Shown one piece after another: positions 1 through 8,815 of a stretch of DNA of 21,403 nt. Where the stretch lies: assembly GCA_029932645.1 (NCBI GenBank), contig JAOZPR010000001.1, forward strand, positions 21,444 to 42,846, read 5' to 3'. Source of the DNA: Candidatus Aenigmatarchaeota archaeon (GTDB lineage: Archaea > Aenigmatarchaeota > Aenigmatarchaeia > GW2011-AR5 > JAGGXF01). The notes under the pieces are model-generated. The model ran no database searches. It saw only the letters and a list, made by a program, of their open reading frames with translations, and was not told where the DNA came from. The first letter of the stretch is position 1, and every line of letters begins with the position of its first letter. A program made the position numbers and the translations under genes.

Positions 1-19
1 TTTATCATGGTGTGCTATC

Positions 20-1384
20 ATGTCAATGTTTGGTTCTGCTGGTATAAGAGGCCTGGTCCCAAAAGAGATAGATGAAAATTTTGCCAGAAAAATCGGACTC
101 GCTATGAGTGATTATATTGACAAGTATACAGAAGGACATCCAGAATATGAAAAGGAAAGTGTCTGTATAGCGACTGACACGAGACTCAGCAACCAGCTAC
201 TAAGGCGTGCGCTTATATCCGGACTTACGTCTATAGCAAACATCAAAGACTTTGGTATAGTTCCAACGCCATGCTTAGCATTGATGGCCAAAAAATTCAG
301 AACATTCGGCATAATGATAACGGCATCACACAATCCACCTGAGTATAATGGATTCAAATTCTTCAATCCAGAAGGCATATCTTTCTATGGTAAAGAAGAA
401 AAAGAATTTGAAGAAGCATTCGAATCACTGAAAACATCGCGAAAAGGAACGCCGAAAAAAGAAAAACCAAATATAGAAAAGATAAACGGCATTGAAATAT
501 ATTCGAAAGAAATAAAAAAAACGATTCCAAAGCTGCCTGGCTACAAGATAGTTCTTGACATGACCAATGGGGCAGCAACACGGTTGTCAGACCTTTATAA
601 AGAGCTCGGCTTTGATGTCGTAGAACTGAATGAAAGACCAGATGGTTCCTTTCCTGGTCGTTCGCCAGAGCCGGTCGAAGCAACGCTCCAGAAAACAATA
701 GCACTTGTGAAAGATACGCATGCGGACTTTGGCATAGCTTATGACGGAGACGGCGACAGGATAGCACTTATCGACCAGAATGGTTTTGTCCCACTGAACG
801 AGTTTTGCGCATTCTTTGCGTGGAAGCGCTGCAAAATCCTGAGCAATAAAAAGGTCTCCACTAATATAGACGCTTCGAAAATAATAGACATAATGGTTGA
901 AGATGCCAACGGCCAGCTATTCAAGACAAAAGTAGGCGACGTGTCCATAACATACGAGATGCTGAAGCAGGATGGACAGACAGCAGTAGAACAATGTGGT
1001 CATTTGTTCTCCAGAGAAATGTTGCCAGGACCATCACCAACATATTCCTTCTTTTGGCTCCTTAGTAAGATGGCTGATACCAATGAAATAAGACAAACAG
1101 TCAGAAAATTTCCGAAATTCCACCTCAGAAAAGGGAAAGTCAGCGTAACAAATAAATCAGCAGCCATGGATAAAATCAAGCCACTGCTCACGAAAAAATA
1201 TCCAAGTGCTACGATGAACGAGCTGGACGGCGTCCGACTGGACTGGAAAGACTCATTTATATTAATAAGACCCAGTGGAACAGAACACATCATACGTGTA
1301 ACATGTGAATCAACAAACGAGAAAAAAGCAGAAGAGCTCCTGAGCACAGGCATGAAAATAATAGAATCGGTTGCAACGTCTTAA
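20..1384 (+). CDS. Alpha-D-phosphohexomutase (phosphomannomutase/phosphoglucomutase/GlmM family)
   Basis: N-terminal FGSAGIRG, phosphoserine motif TASHNP, metal loop DGDGDR, C-terminal RPSGTE. GGTG SD-like sequence upstream. Substrate specificity cannot be resolved by eye. Confidence 0.93.
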   Translation: MSMFGSAGIRGLVPKEIDENFARKIGLAMSDYIDKYTEGHPEYEKESVCIATDTRLSNQLLRRALISGLTSIANIKDFGIVPTPCLALMAKKFRTFGIMITASHNPPEYNGFKFFNPEGISFYGKEEKEFEEAFESLKTSRKGTPKKEKPNIEKINGIEIYSKEIKKTIPKLPGYKIVLDMTNGAATRLSDLYKELGFDVVELNERPDGSFPGRSPEPVEATLQKTIALVKDTHADFGIAYDGDGDRIALIDQNGFVPLNEFCAFFAWKRCKILSNKKVSTNIDASKIIDIMVEDANGQLFKTKVGDVSITYEMLKQDGQTAVEQCGHLFSREMLPGPSPTYSFFWLLSKMADTNEIRQTVRKFPKFHLRKGKVSVTNKSAAMDKIKPLLTKKYPSATMNELDGVRLDWKDSFILIRPSGTEHIIRVTCESTNEKKAEELLSTGMKIIESVATS

Positions 1385-1433
1385 CTTGGCCGCACTTTTA
1401 ACTGCGCTTAATAACCGCTGTACTTAATAAACG

Positions 1434-3098
1434 TTAACCCCGACCTTTTTGCTGTTCATAAAGTCTTTTTATACGTTCAAGTGTGTCTGCATCTTCCGGA
1501 GCCTTGTCCTCAGGTTCCCGGATGCGCAACATGCGTGGAAATCGCAGTGCAAACCCGGATTCGTATTTCGGGCTCTTTTGTATCTCTTCATACGCGACCT
1601 CTATGACAACCTTTGGCTTTAGTCTAACCTGACCTGCCTTCTCCTCTATAACAAGTTTCTTCAGCCTTTTTGTCATGCTTCTAAACTGTTCATCTGACAG
1701 ACCTGTACCTAGCTTGCCAATAGGCACGAATCTACCGGCGTGCCGAGCACCAAGCAGAAGAGAGCCAAACCATCCTGCGCGCTTACCAGTACCCCACTCA
1801 GCGCCCATTATCACCAAATCCAATGGTTCCATTGTTGGTTTGACCTTGAGCCAATATCCGACCCGCTTGCCCGGCTGATAAGCGGCGTCGAGATTTTTAA
1901 CCATTATGCCTTCTTCTCCCATTGCCAACGATTTTTTGTAAAACTTCTTTGCCTTTTTATAATCCTTGGTTTCGATGTGTTCCACAAGAATAAACCTTTC
2001 TTTTAGTTCTTTAACAGTACTTTTGAGCTTTGTCCATCTCTTTTTCAGCGGCTCGTCCATATAATTTTTATTATCCAAATAAATCAAATCAAATAAATTT
2101 ATTTGCACGGGTGTTTCTTTTACCATTCTTTCTATATCATACTTTCTTTGTATACGCCTTGATAGGCGCTGGAACGGTAGTGGTTTTCCTGTCTTCGGGC
2201 TTATTGCAAGAGTCTCGCCCTCAACTATACAAATATCCGCACAAAGATGCCCCTGCGCCCACTCAACAAGCTCAGGGAACTGCCTCGTAACATCATCCAT
2301 TCTTCGGGAGAATATCCAAATCTTATCGCCCTTTTTATGAATTTGCACTCGGAACCCGTCTAACTTGATTTCCAGTGCTGGGTTTTTAAACTTTTCCAGC
2401 GCTGTTTTAAGATCTGGTGCCTTCTCAGCAAGCATGACCCGTATAGGCCTCCCTATCTCTACTCCCAAGCCTCCGAGTTTGTTGTCAGCAGCCATCTCTG
2501 CGACAAGACCGTAATCATTCAGGAGATTATACGCGTGTTCCACTGCAGTTGCGTCAATACCAAAACACTTGGCTATACTGTCTCTGATAATGCCCTCGGC
2601 AACACCTATTCTCATTTCGCCGAGAATTGTCCTCACCAAATATGAGGCCTCGTCAGAACCTGCACATGCCAAGAGCTCTGACACTAGGGATATCTTTCTA
2701 TCCTGGCTTCCGGCGCCCTCTATTGTGGGTAACTTCCTGAGGTTCGTAACGACCTTTTCCACGGTGAGCTCTTTTTTGCCGAGGGCCTGTTGCCTCTTGT
2801 TTTTCAAAAGCTCCTTTGCACTGAGGCCCATGTCTCCTGTTCTCCTGTAAACCTTATTGAACTCGGTTCTATTGACACCGGCAACCTTCTGCACTATCCT
2901 TTTCATCATTTTCAAAGCGATGCCCAGGTCTTTCTGTTCTGCCTTTGGAAAAACAAGTCCGGCTGACAAAAGAACGACATCCCTCAGCTCGTCTTTGTTA
3001 ACCTTGGAAAAGAATTTGCTAAGAATCTGCGTTTTCTCTAGTTTTTTTGTTGTGGATTCCAGCTGCTCATAAACCACAGCAAGTTCTTTATATAACAT
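1434..3098 (-). CDS. lig: ATP-dependent DNA ligase
   Basis: Adenylation motif EIKLDGFR, plus VEGE, FDLIY, EGIMVK, WLKVK and OB-fold LRFPR. ATG at 3098 preferred over the TTG at 3104. Confidence 0.97.
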   Translation of the reverse strand: MLYKELAVVYEQLESTTKKLEKTQILSKFFSKVNKDELRDVVLLSAGLVFPKAEQKDLGIALKMMKRIVQKVAGVNRTEFNKVYRRTGDMGLSAKELLKNKRQQALGKKELTVEKVVTNLRKLPTIEGAGSQDRKISLVSELLACAGSDEASYLVRTILGEMRIGVAEGIIRDSIAKCFGIDATAVEHAYNLLNDYGLVAEMAADNKLGGLGVEIGRPIRVMLAEKAPDLKTALEKFKNPALEIKLDGFRVQIHKKGDKIWIFSRRMDDVTRQFPELVEWAQGHLCADICIVEGETLAISPKTGKPLPFQRLSRRIQRKYDIERMVKETPVQINLFDLIYLDNKNYMDEPLKKRWTKLKSTVKELKERFILVEHIETKDYKKAKKFYKKSLAMGEEGIMVKNLDAAYQPGKRVGYWLKVKPTMEPLDLVIMGAEWGTGKRAGWFGSLLLGARHAGRFVPIGKLGTGLSDEQFRSMTKRLKKLVIEEKAGQVRLKPKVVIEVAYEEIQKSPKYESGFALRFPRMLRIREPEDKAPEDADTLERIKRLYEQQKGRG

Positions 3099-3168
3099 AA
3101 ACAATAGTTATATAGGAAATTAAATAAAGTTTAATGACGATAATAAAAAAAGCAAAAGATGGTCTAAG

Positions 3169-4008
3169 ATGAGAGAACCTGTTGCTGTCGGGTTTTATCC
3201 GGCTAACAAAGAACTGCTGCAGAGAAACCTGCAGGACATGTTTGATATCAAGGTTAAAAGATATCAGAATGTCAAAGCTGTCATTGTGCCCCATGCCGGT
3301 TATGTCTATTCCGGTTCTGTTACTGCCAAGACTCTTTTAGCAGCCGAAAAATCACTCAAAGGCTCTGTTGTTTTGATGGGGCCAAACCATACGGGCATTG
3401 GTTATCCGGTTGCTCTCAGTAAACAAACTTGGATAACACCAATGGGCGAAATAAAAACAGATTCTGAGAGCATAGAAAAACTCTGTGAAAAGTTTGCTAT
3501 ACGTGTTGATGAAGCTGCGCACAGCCAGGAACATTCGATAGAGGTTGAGTTGCCGTTTCTTCAATACCTGTCAAAAAAGCTTTCCATCGACTTAAAGATT
3601 ATTCCATTGTGTATGCAATTGGTTCCATACTCAACACTGGAAAAGGTCGCTGAACAGTTCGTAGCTGTTTGCAGGCATTGCTTTTTTGTCGTCTCCTCTG
3701 ATTTTACACATTTTGGACCAATGTATGGTTATCAGCCAGTAAAGGGCGAACCCGCCAACTGTCTGCGGTTTGTTAAAAAAGCAGACAAAGAACTGATAGA
3801 GTTCATATGTAAAATAAAGCCCCAGAAATTTTGGGACACTGTCCAGGAAAAAGGCTATACAGTCTGCGGGGCAGTGCCAATAACCCTGCTATTGCTGATA
3901 ATGAAGAAGCTTCGCGCGAAGCAAGGTAAGCTTATTACATATAAAACGAGTTTCGATGTCAGCCCATCTGATTCTTTTGTCAGCTACGCCGGAATTATAA
4001 TACAATGA
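3169..4008 (+). CDS. MEMO1-family protein (AmmeMemoRadiSam system protein B)
   Basis: MREPVAVGFYP start, PHAGYVYSG, GPNHTG, EHSIEVELPFLQ, SSDFTH, VCG, VSYA. Confidence 0.93.
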   Translation: MREPVAVGFYPANKELLQRNLQDMFDIKVKRYQNVKAVIVPHAGYVYSGSVTAKTLLAAEKSLKGSVVLMGPNHTGIGYPVALSKQTWITPMGEIKTDSESIEKLCEKFAIRVDEAAHSQEHSIEVELPFLQYLSKKLSIDLKIIPLCMQLVPYSTLEKVAEQFVAVCRHCFFVVSSDFTHFGPMYGYQPVKGEPANCLRFVKKADKELIEFICKIKPQKFWDTVQEKGYTVCGAVPITLLLLIMKKLRAKQGKLITYKTSFDVSPSDSFVSYAGIIIQ

Positions 4009-4087
4009 AGAATACAACAAAGACTGTGTATTGCAGATTAAAAATCAGAAATATAACCTGTTGCTGCTGTTCGTTCTTTGTATGTAT

Positions 4088-4300
4088 CTATTCAAAGGAT
4101 ATGCTCCCTGCCTTGCCGTCTTCGCCAAGGACAAACTTAATCACTTTTCTGTCCAGCTCATTTTGCTTCGCAGAAAAGGACTCGCCACAGTCAGCACATT
4201 GTATGTCCTGCTCCAAATCAGAGAACCAGGAAGGCTCTATTATTACATTACCGCACTTAGGACACTTAAGAAAAACCACCTCTAAGAAGGCCTGTTTCAT
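4088..4300 (-). CDS. Small putative Zn-ribbon protein, function unknown
   Basis: 70 aa with CPKC and CADC pairs; starts 13 bp after the uL16 stop; AAGTGA upstream of the ATG. Confidence 0.75.
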   Translation of the reverse strand: MKQAFLEVVFLKCPKCGNVIIEPSWFSDLEQDIQCADCGESFSAKQNELDRKVIKFVLGEDGKAGSISFE

Positions 4301-4313
4301 TCCATCACTTCTT

Positions 4314-4841
4314 TTATTTTTTGAGCGATTCTATCACAATTCTGGAGGTCATCGGCATCTTATGAGAAGCAATTTTTAGAGCATCTTTTGCAATAGCCAA
4401 ACTGGGCTTATTTACACGAATCTCAAATATTTTTTGGTTAGGCTTAACTATTGCAGCAGTGCCTATGGGTCTGCCAAAAGACAGTCGCATACCTTGCTGA
4501 AACCTGTCGGCCCCCGCACCTGTTGCTAGTGGGTTTTCACGCAAAACCTGATGAGGATATGGCCTAACCTTAAAAAAATATGTTTTTCCCTTTCCAAGTC
4601 TTTTTGTCATGTGCTGTGTAACAGACATCCTGGCAGCTTCAAGCGCGTTGTGCCTTATCTGCACAGCTTGCTTTGATATAAGATACAACACAACGTCATA
4701 GTCTGCTTTAGTACCCATCTCAAACTGATGAATCTTGGAACCAGGCACACCCTTGACATAGCCTTTTCTAGGCTTTCTTCTAGACACCCTGGTATAAGCA
4801 CGGTGAACCTTCTTGTAACATCTCGCTGGTCTCAATGCCAT
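4314..4841 (-). CDS. rpl10e: 50S ribosomal protein uL16 (L10e)
   Basis: MALRPARCY, QIRHNALEAAR, YPHQVLRENP, GADRFQQGMR. True start is the ATG at 4841; the ORF-track extension to 4964 runs into the tRNA-Ser gene. Confidence 0.96.
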   Translation of the reverse strand: MALRPARCYKKVHRAYTRVSRRKPRKGYVKGVPGSKIHQFEMGTKADYDVVLYLISKQAVQIRHNALEAARMSVTQHMTKRLGKGKTYFFKVRPYPHQVLRENPLATGAGADRFQQGMRLSFGRPIGTAAIVKPNQKIFEIRVNKPSLAIAKDALKIASHKMPMTSRIVIESLKK

Positions 4842-4884
4842 TCGTAACAACCTCGATTCATTAAGATTTTGCGCAAAGCTTTTT

Positions 4885-4906
4885 AAATCTTTCAAAAATC
4901 TTTCAA
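4885..4906. repeat. Tandem duplication 2 x AAATCTTTCAA
   Basis: Perfect 11-bp unit abutting the tRNA-Ser 3' end. Confidence 0.85.
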
Positions 4907-5106
4907 CGCTGGGAATGGGATTTTCACAAACCCTTCCTCGTTTGAGTTTCTTTGGAACATCCAAAGACCTTTCCCGCAGACCGACGCACGAAGTGCGTCA
5001 ATTCGTTTCGAAAGGGATTTGGTTTGAACCCATGCGAGCCGAAGCTCACCAGCTATTTGTTCTTGACTCCAAGCTGGCGCCTTGGACCTAACTTGGCTAT
5101 CCCAGC
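4907..5106 (-). tRNA. tRNA-Ser(GGA) with two introns: 12 nt at 37/38 (5055-5066) and 102 nt at 59/60 (4921-5022)
   Basis: Spliced sequence: GCTGGGA TA GCC AAGTTAGGTCCAA GGC G CCAGC TTGGAG|A GCTGG TGAGCTTCGGCTCGC ATGGG TTCAAA|T CCCAT TCCCAGC G. All stems pair, long variable arm, G discriminator, CCA not encoded. The T-loop intron has a strict BHB (TTCA/TGAA helix, AAC and AAT bulges); the anticodon intron has a relaxed motif. Confidence 0.92.
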
Positions 5107-5119
5107 ATCTGACAGCATT

Positions 5120-5284
5120 CTAAAACGCTTCTGCATTCTCTAGCAGCATATCTGGTATATCGTCTTTTATTTTAAATTTTAGTCTGCACCTGTGACATAT
5201 TACCTTGTTTTCTTTTTTATCGTAGTCTATGCCCTGCTTGCATTTCGGGCAGGCCAATATATCAAGCAGTTTCTTCGATATCAT
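5120..5284 (-). CDS. trm112: Trm112/YcaR-family methyltransferase activator (54 aa; not in ORF track)
   Basis: Hand translation MISKKLLDILACPKCKQGIDYDKKENKVICHRCRLKFKIKDDIPDMLLENAEAF, with the LLDILACP..C and IKDDIP.ML signatures. Confidence 0.9.
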   Translation of the reverse strand: MISKKLLDILACPKCKQGIDYDKKENKVICHRCRLKFKIKDDIPDMLLENAEAF

Positions 5285-5323
5285 ATAAAATCATTGATAA
5301 TAAGAAATTTATTGTTTAAATTT

Positions 5324-6283
5324 TTATTCTCTCCCGATATTTCTTGGGTATGTTCCTTGGTTCATTATAACCCTGTCTGTCTTTACCAGAATCCCCTTCG
5401 TCTTCTTTGCGTCTTCCGCATTTGCGGTGGCAATACCAAGTGCTACAAGCTCGCCCTTACCTGTAACTATGGCAACGAGCCCGTCTTTCTTGATAGTGTC
5501 TTCAAGTTTGCAAACACCGCCGATATAAAGCGGGGAACCATTACAAACAGAGAAAACAGCAGAATCCTTTATCACCAGTTTTGGTATGTGGTCAACAGCA
5601 GCCTCAACAGGCAAAACAAGCTGCCTGAGCTTCTCTTCTGCTCCTTGCACACCGGCCTTGTAAAATTCAAACGCGTCTTTAAGGTCCTGAAATGTGTGCG
5701 CCTGCTGCTCTTTGTATGGGCCTACTGCTATACGTCGCAGCTCGACCATGTGCGCACCACCTATCTTCTGACCGATTTGGTGCACGAGTTTCCTGATGTA
5801 TGTTCCTGCTTCGCAGCAAACATCCAAAACGACATCCCTGCCTGCAATATCGACTATATTCAATGAATACACAACACGCTTGCGCTTGACGCGCCTAACA
5901 GCAGACCTGACCGGCGGCTTCTGCGTAATTGTTCCAACAAACTGCTCGCAAACCTCTTTTAGGTTTTTCTTGCCGACTTCCTTGTGCAGGCGCACCACAG
6001 CTATGTATCGTTTGCTCAAGCCTTGCAGTGCTGGCATAACTTTTGTAGCCTTATCAAGCGCGACAGGCAGGACGCCAGTAACGCGCGGGTCCAGAGTGCC
6101 AGAATGGCCGGCCTTTGCAACACCGAGAATCTTTTTAACCCACGACACGCACTCGCGGGACGTGGGACCACACGGCTTATCCAGAACAAACAAACCATTG
6201 TGTATAAGTTCCTCTACAGCCCTTGAACCAGGATACCCACCAAAGGCGGGGTCAGATACCTCCTCACGCAGCGTTATCCACAT
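5324..6283 (-). CDS. cbf5: H/ACA pseudouridine synthase Cbf5
   Basis: LDKPCGPTS, catalytic GHSGTLDP, QKPPVRSAV, GTYIRKL, C-terminal PUA domain. Confidence 0.96.
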   Translation of the reverse strand: MWITLREEVSDPAFGGYPGSRAVEELIHNGLFVLDKPCGPTSRECVSWVKKILGVAKAGHSGTLDPRVTGVLPVALDKATKVMPALQGLSKRYIAVVRLHKEVGKKNLKEVCEQFVGTITQKPPVRSAVRRVKRKRVVYSLNIVDIAGRDVVLDVCCEAGTYIRKLVHQIGQKIGGAHMVELRRIAVGPYKEQQAHTFQDLKDAFEFYKAGVQGAEEKLRQLVLPVEAAVDHIPKLVIKDSAVFSVCNGSPLYIGGVCKLEDTIKKDGLVAIVTGKGELVALGIATANAEDAKKTKGILVKTDRVIMNQGTYPRNIGRE

Positions 6284-6325
6284 ATCTAAAGAATTGCCAC
6301 AAAGAATTAAATGGTTATTCTTGTG

Positions 6326-6994
6326 CTAAATCGCAATGCCCATAATCTTCTTCAGCACTAATATGATTGGCATGCTCACCATAAAATAAAACAGAAGCCA
6401 GCCAATATCATCGCCTATCAGAGGCAGCCGAGTGGGAAGATATGTAATGACCTGTTGCATTAGCAGCCTTTGGTCTGAGAGCAGGACATTCCACTGCCTT
6501 CCAGCAAACTCTTGGTTCCTGGCAACAGCTAGGCTTGTCGTGTTACCGTTCTCAGTATCCAGAATAGTGATATTGCCTCCTTCTCTAGAAAGAGTCAGAT
6601 TATAGCCCTTGCCAATAAAATCGAAACTTCCCGTATTGTTTTGCAATGTTACAGATATGTCACCGTAGTCTGCACGCAACCAGGGTATTACCAAGATAAA
6701 AATAGCAAAGGAAATTATCAGCGGCTTAAACGTCATCTTCATTATCTGATGATTCAACTTCATGGCCTCACTCATGTACTCGTTTGCCTTCTCAATGTTC
6801 CCGTCTTTCTGAACCTCCTTCATCTTCTTGCTCAGTTCCTTTTGTCTGCCCTTTAGGTGTTTGACTTTATCTTGGTCAACAAGAAACTTGTAAGGCAGCT
6901 GTGTTATGAATAGGACGGCCAGAGCAAAGATAAAGATAGAAAGTGCTGGAGGATATGCCCCGAATATTGACGATAAAAAATGATTGAAAAACAT
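6326..6994 (-). CDS. DUF106 / EMC3-TMCO1 (Oxa1 superfamily) membrane protein
   Basis: TM helix, coiled coil, KPLIIS TM, extracellular insertion and C-terminal GWLLFYFMVS TM; conventional position after adk. Start uncertain (6994, 7003 or 7018). Confidence 0.88.
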   Translation of the reverse strand: MFFNHFLSSIFGAYPPALSIFIFALAVLFITQLPYKFLVDQDKVKHLKGRQKELSKKMKEVQKDGNIEKANEYMSEAMKLNHQIMKMTFKPLIISFAIFILVIPWLRADYGDISVTLQNNTGSFDFIGKGYNLTLSREGGNITILDTENGNTTSLAVARNQEFAGRQWNVLLSDQRLLMQQVITYLPTRLPLIGDDIGWLLFYFMVSMPIILVLKKIMGIAI

Positions 6995-7021
6995 TTTATT
7001 CATTCCTGTATTATTCACTTA

Positions 7022-7049
7022 TTTTATTTATTCAGTTTTATTTATTCAG
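7022..7049. repeat. Tandem duplication 2 x TTTTATTTATTCAG
   Basis: Perfect 14-bp unit in the adk/DUF106 spacer. Confidence 0.85.
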
Positions 7050-7068
7050 TTATTTTCTCTGCCTGCCA

Positions 7069-7671
7069 TTATAGAGAATTTTTTAAATCATCCCAAAGCT
7101 GCTTTGCCGCTTGCTTTGCGTGACCAAGGTGCTCTGTTTCTTCTCCCTTTGCTTCTACGATTTTAACAGCGCCCGCGACAAAAGCTGCATACGCAGTAGC
7201 ATACATCCTATTAATTCTCTGGTGCAAATCGATTTCTTCTACAGTTTCTTTATCTCTTGCACCGAGCTTTTCTCTTTCCTTGTCACCCTCGCGTTTTTCT
7301 AGGATTATCTTAGGGTCTTTTTCCAAGACAACTATAATATCTGGGTTCATAAGCTTCAGTATCTGCTCGGGTAGCCCTGCCCAGTAACCAAACTTGGTTT
7401 TGATGGAAGCGTGTGTATCTATAATAACGTTGCCTTTCAGCTCGCCAAGCTTTTTTGCAGCAGCCAGCTGCAGCTCTTCCTGCACATGCTTTGGCAACGG
7501 GCGCATGCCGTCCCTGTGTTCAGCAAGGCCACGCTTTTTGGCCTCTTCAAACATATAGTCACCGAAGTTTGCAAAGACTATGTCCTTTTTGTCCTCTTCT
7601 GCGTGTTTTTTCAAAAAATTAAGGACAGTCGTTTTTCCGCAACCAGGAACAGCCGTGATAATAATCTTCAT
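7069..7671 (-). CDS. adkA: Archaeal adenylate kinase
   Basis: P-loop AVPGCGKTT, NFGDYM, HRDGMR, IDTHA, GYWAGLP; GAGGTG SD. Confidence 0.94.
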   Translation of the reverse strand: MKIIITAVPGCGKTTVLNFLKKHAEEDKKDIVFANFGDYMFEEAKKRGLAEHRDGMRPLPKHVQEELQLAAAKKLGELKGNVIIDTHASIKTKFGYWAGLPEQILKLMNPDIIVVLEKDPKIILEKREGDKEREKLGARDKETVEEIDLHQRINRMYATAYAAFVAGAVKIVEAKGEETEHLGHAKQAAKQLWDDLKNSL

Positions 7672-7760
7672 TCCATACCACCTCTAATAGAACATCCTTC
7701 ACAGGACGCCCTTTGATAATTCCATGATATAAATATAAGCATATAAGCCAAACGAGATAA

Positions 7761-8045
7761 TTACGCCTTCTGCAACTCGAACTTCTTGACCCTGAACCCG
7801 CGGCCAATCGGTTGTAATTTGCCGCATTCCTTACATCTGAATCTGAGGTCCACCTTTCTTGTAGGCTTTTCCCTTCCCTTTGGGTTTTCCTTTGGGAAAG
7901 AACCATAGCCCTTTAACTTACGCTTGAACCGTCTTTGGCTCTTAGAGTTCTGCTTCCTTGGCCTTCTTTTGGCTAGCTCTACTGTCTGCTCTGTGTGCTT
8001 TTTACAATATCTACAATACCTTCTCTGGGTTTTGGGTACCTTCAT
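7761..8045 (-). CDS. rpl44e: 50S ribosomal protein eL42 (L44e)
   Basis: [33 protein letters not shown]. Alternative ATGs at 8048 and 8054. Confidence 0.95.
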   Translation of the reverse strand: MKVPKTQRRYCRYCKKHTEQTVELAKRRPRKQNSKSQRRFKRKLKGYGSFPKENPKGREKPTRKVDLRFRCKECGKLQPIGRGFRVKKFELQKA

Positions 8046-8076
8046 CATAATCATCTATGTGCTCTGTATTTAGCCT

Positions 8077-8688
8077 TTAGTCGATAGCCTCTGCAAGGCC
8101 TTTTTTAATCAGCAGCTTTTCAATCTTTTCATCAACAGATATTATATCATTTTTCTTTAACGAATAACTTTTTAAATCTGTTCCCACAAACTCTGGGATG
8201 TCTTGTAATATTTTAATCTTTCTTTCTTTCTGTGTTTGAGTTCTTTCAGGCACTTTTGTGTCTTCTTCTCTTGGTTCTGGACTTTCTTTCTTTTTGCTGT
8301 TCTCGTCCTTTTCCTTACCAAATTGTATCATAGCGGCCGGCTGCCCGAGTTTGTCTAAAAAGTCTTCTCGGAATGTCTTTAAAACACTGACAACATTATA
8401 GAAGAGCTTTTCTTCCTCTTTTGTAAGATTTTCTACTGGCATACCTGTCCTGACAGAGTAGAGCGCGAGGTTCAGTATCTTGCGCTCTCTACACTCGAAA
8501 AGGTCTTTCACTGTGTTCTTTATGTTTTCCAGCTCATAGATATCCGTACTTGTTTTTTGCTTAATCCGCTGCTTTCGCTCGACATATTCGGCAGTCTCCT
8601 GCATTATATTGTCTGGCAGTTTCTCTAGCTTTTTCGACTCCTTTTCAGCGCGATGTATATCCCTGATTTTCTCGAATGTAAGCACCAT
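8077..8688 (-). CDS. DNA replication GINS subunit (Gins51/Gins15 type)
   Basis: Helical A domain (ELENIK..RERKILNLA, NLTKEE), charged linker, C-terminal B domain (IPEFVGTDLKSYSL, LLIKKGLA); lies next to L44e as in the conserved archaeal cluster. Confidence 0.88.
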   Translation of the reverse strand: MVLTFEKIRDIHRAEKESKKLEKLPDNIMQETAEYVERKQRIKQKTSTDIYELENIKNTVKDLFECRERKILNLALYSVRTGMPVENLTKEEEKLFYNVVSVLKTFREDFLDKLGQPAAMIQFGKEKDENSKKKESPEPREEDTKVPERTQTQKERKIKILQDIPEFVGTDLKSYSLKKNDIISVDEKIEKLLIKKGLAEAID

Positions 8689-8815
8689 CTAAAAGCACCT
8701 TTTTTATACCTTTTTTATAACATGATAGCGTCTTTTTGAGCGACGGCTAGATAAACTATTGATAAAAAAGATTTAAAAGAATAGATGCGTGTTGACGTGG
8801 TTTTGGTGTAATGTT

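Noticed and set aside
4842..4964. 41-aa N-terminal extension of uL16 in the ORF track
   Set aside because: Overlaps the tRNA-Ser 3' exon and intron; family similarity starts at MALRP (4841).
4921..5022. Hammerhead ribozyme or box C/D guide inside the long intron (two GAAAC motifs)
   Set aside because: No CUGANGA core and no RUGAUGA/CUGA boxes on the transcribed strand.
5192..5866. 224-aa plus-strand ORF and other long antisense ORFs (e.g. 5796-6329, 10158-10616, 13880-14362)
   Set aside because: They shadow well-supported genes on the opposite strand and show no recognisable motifs.
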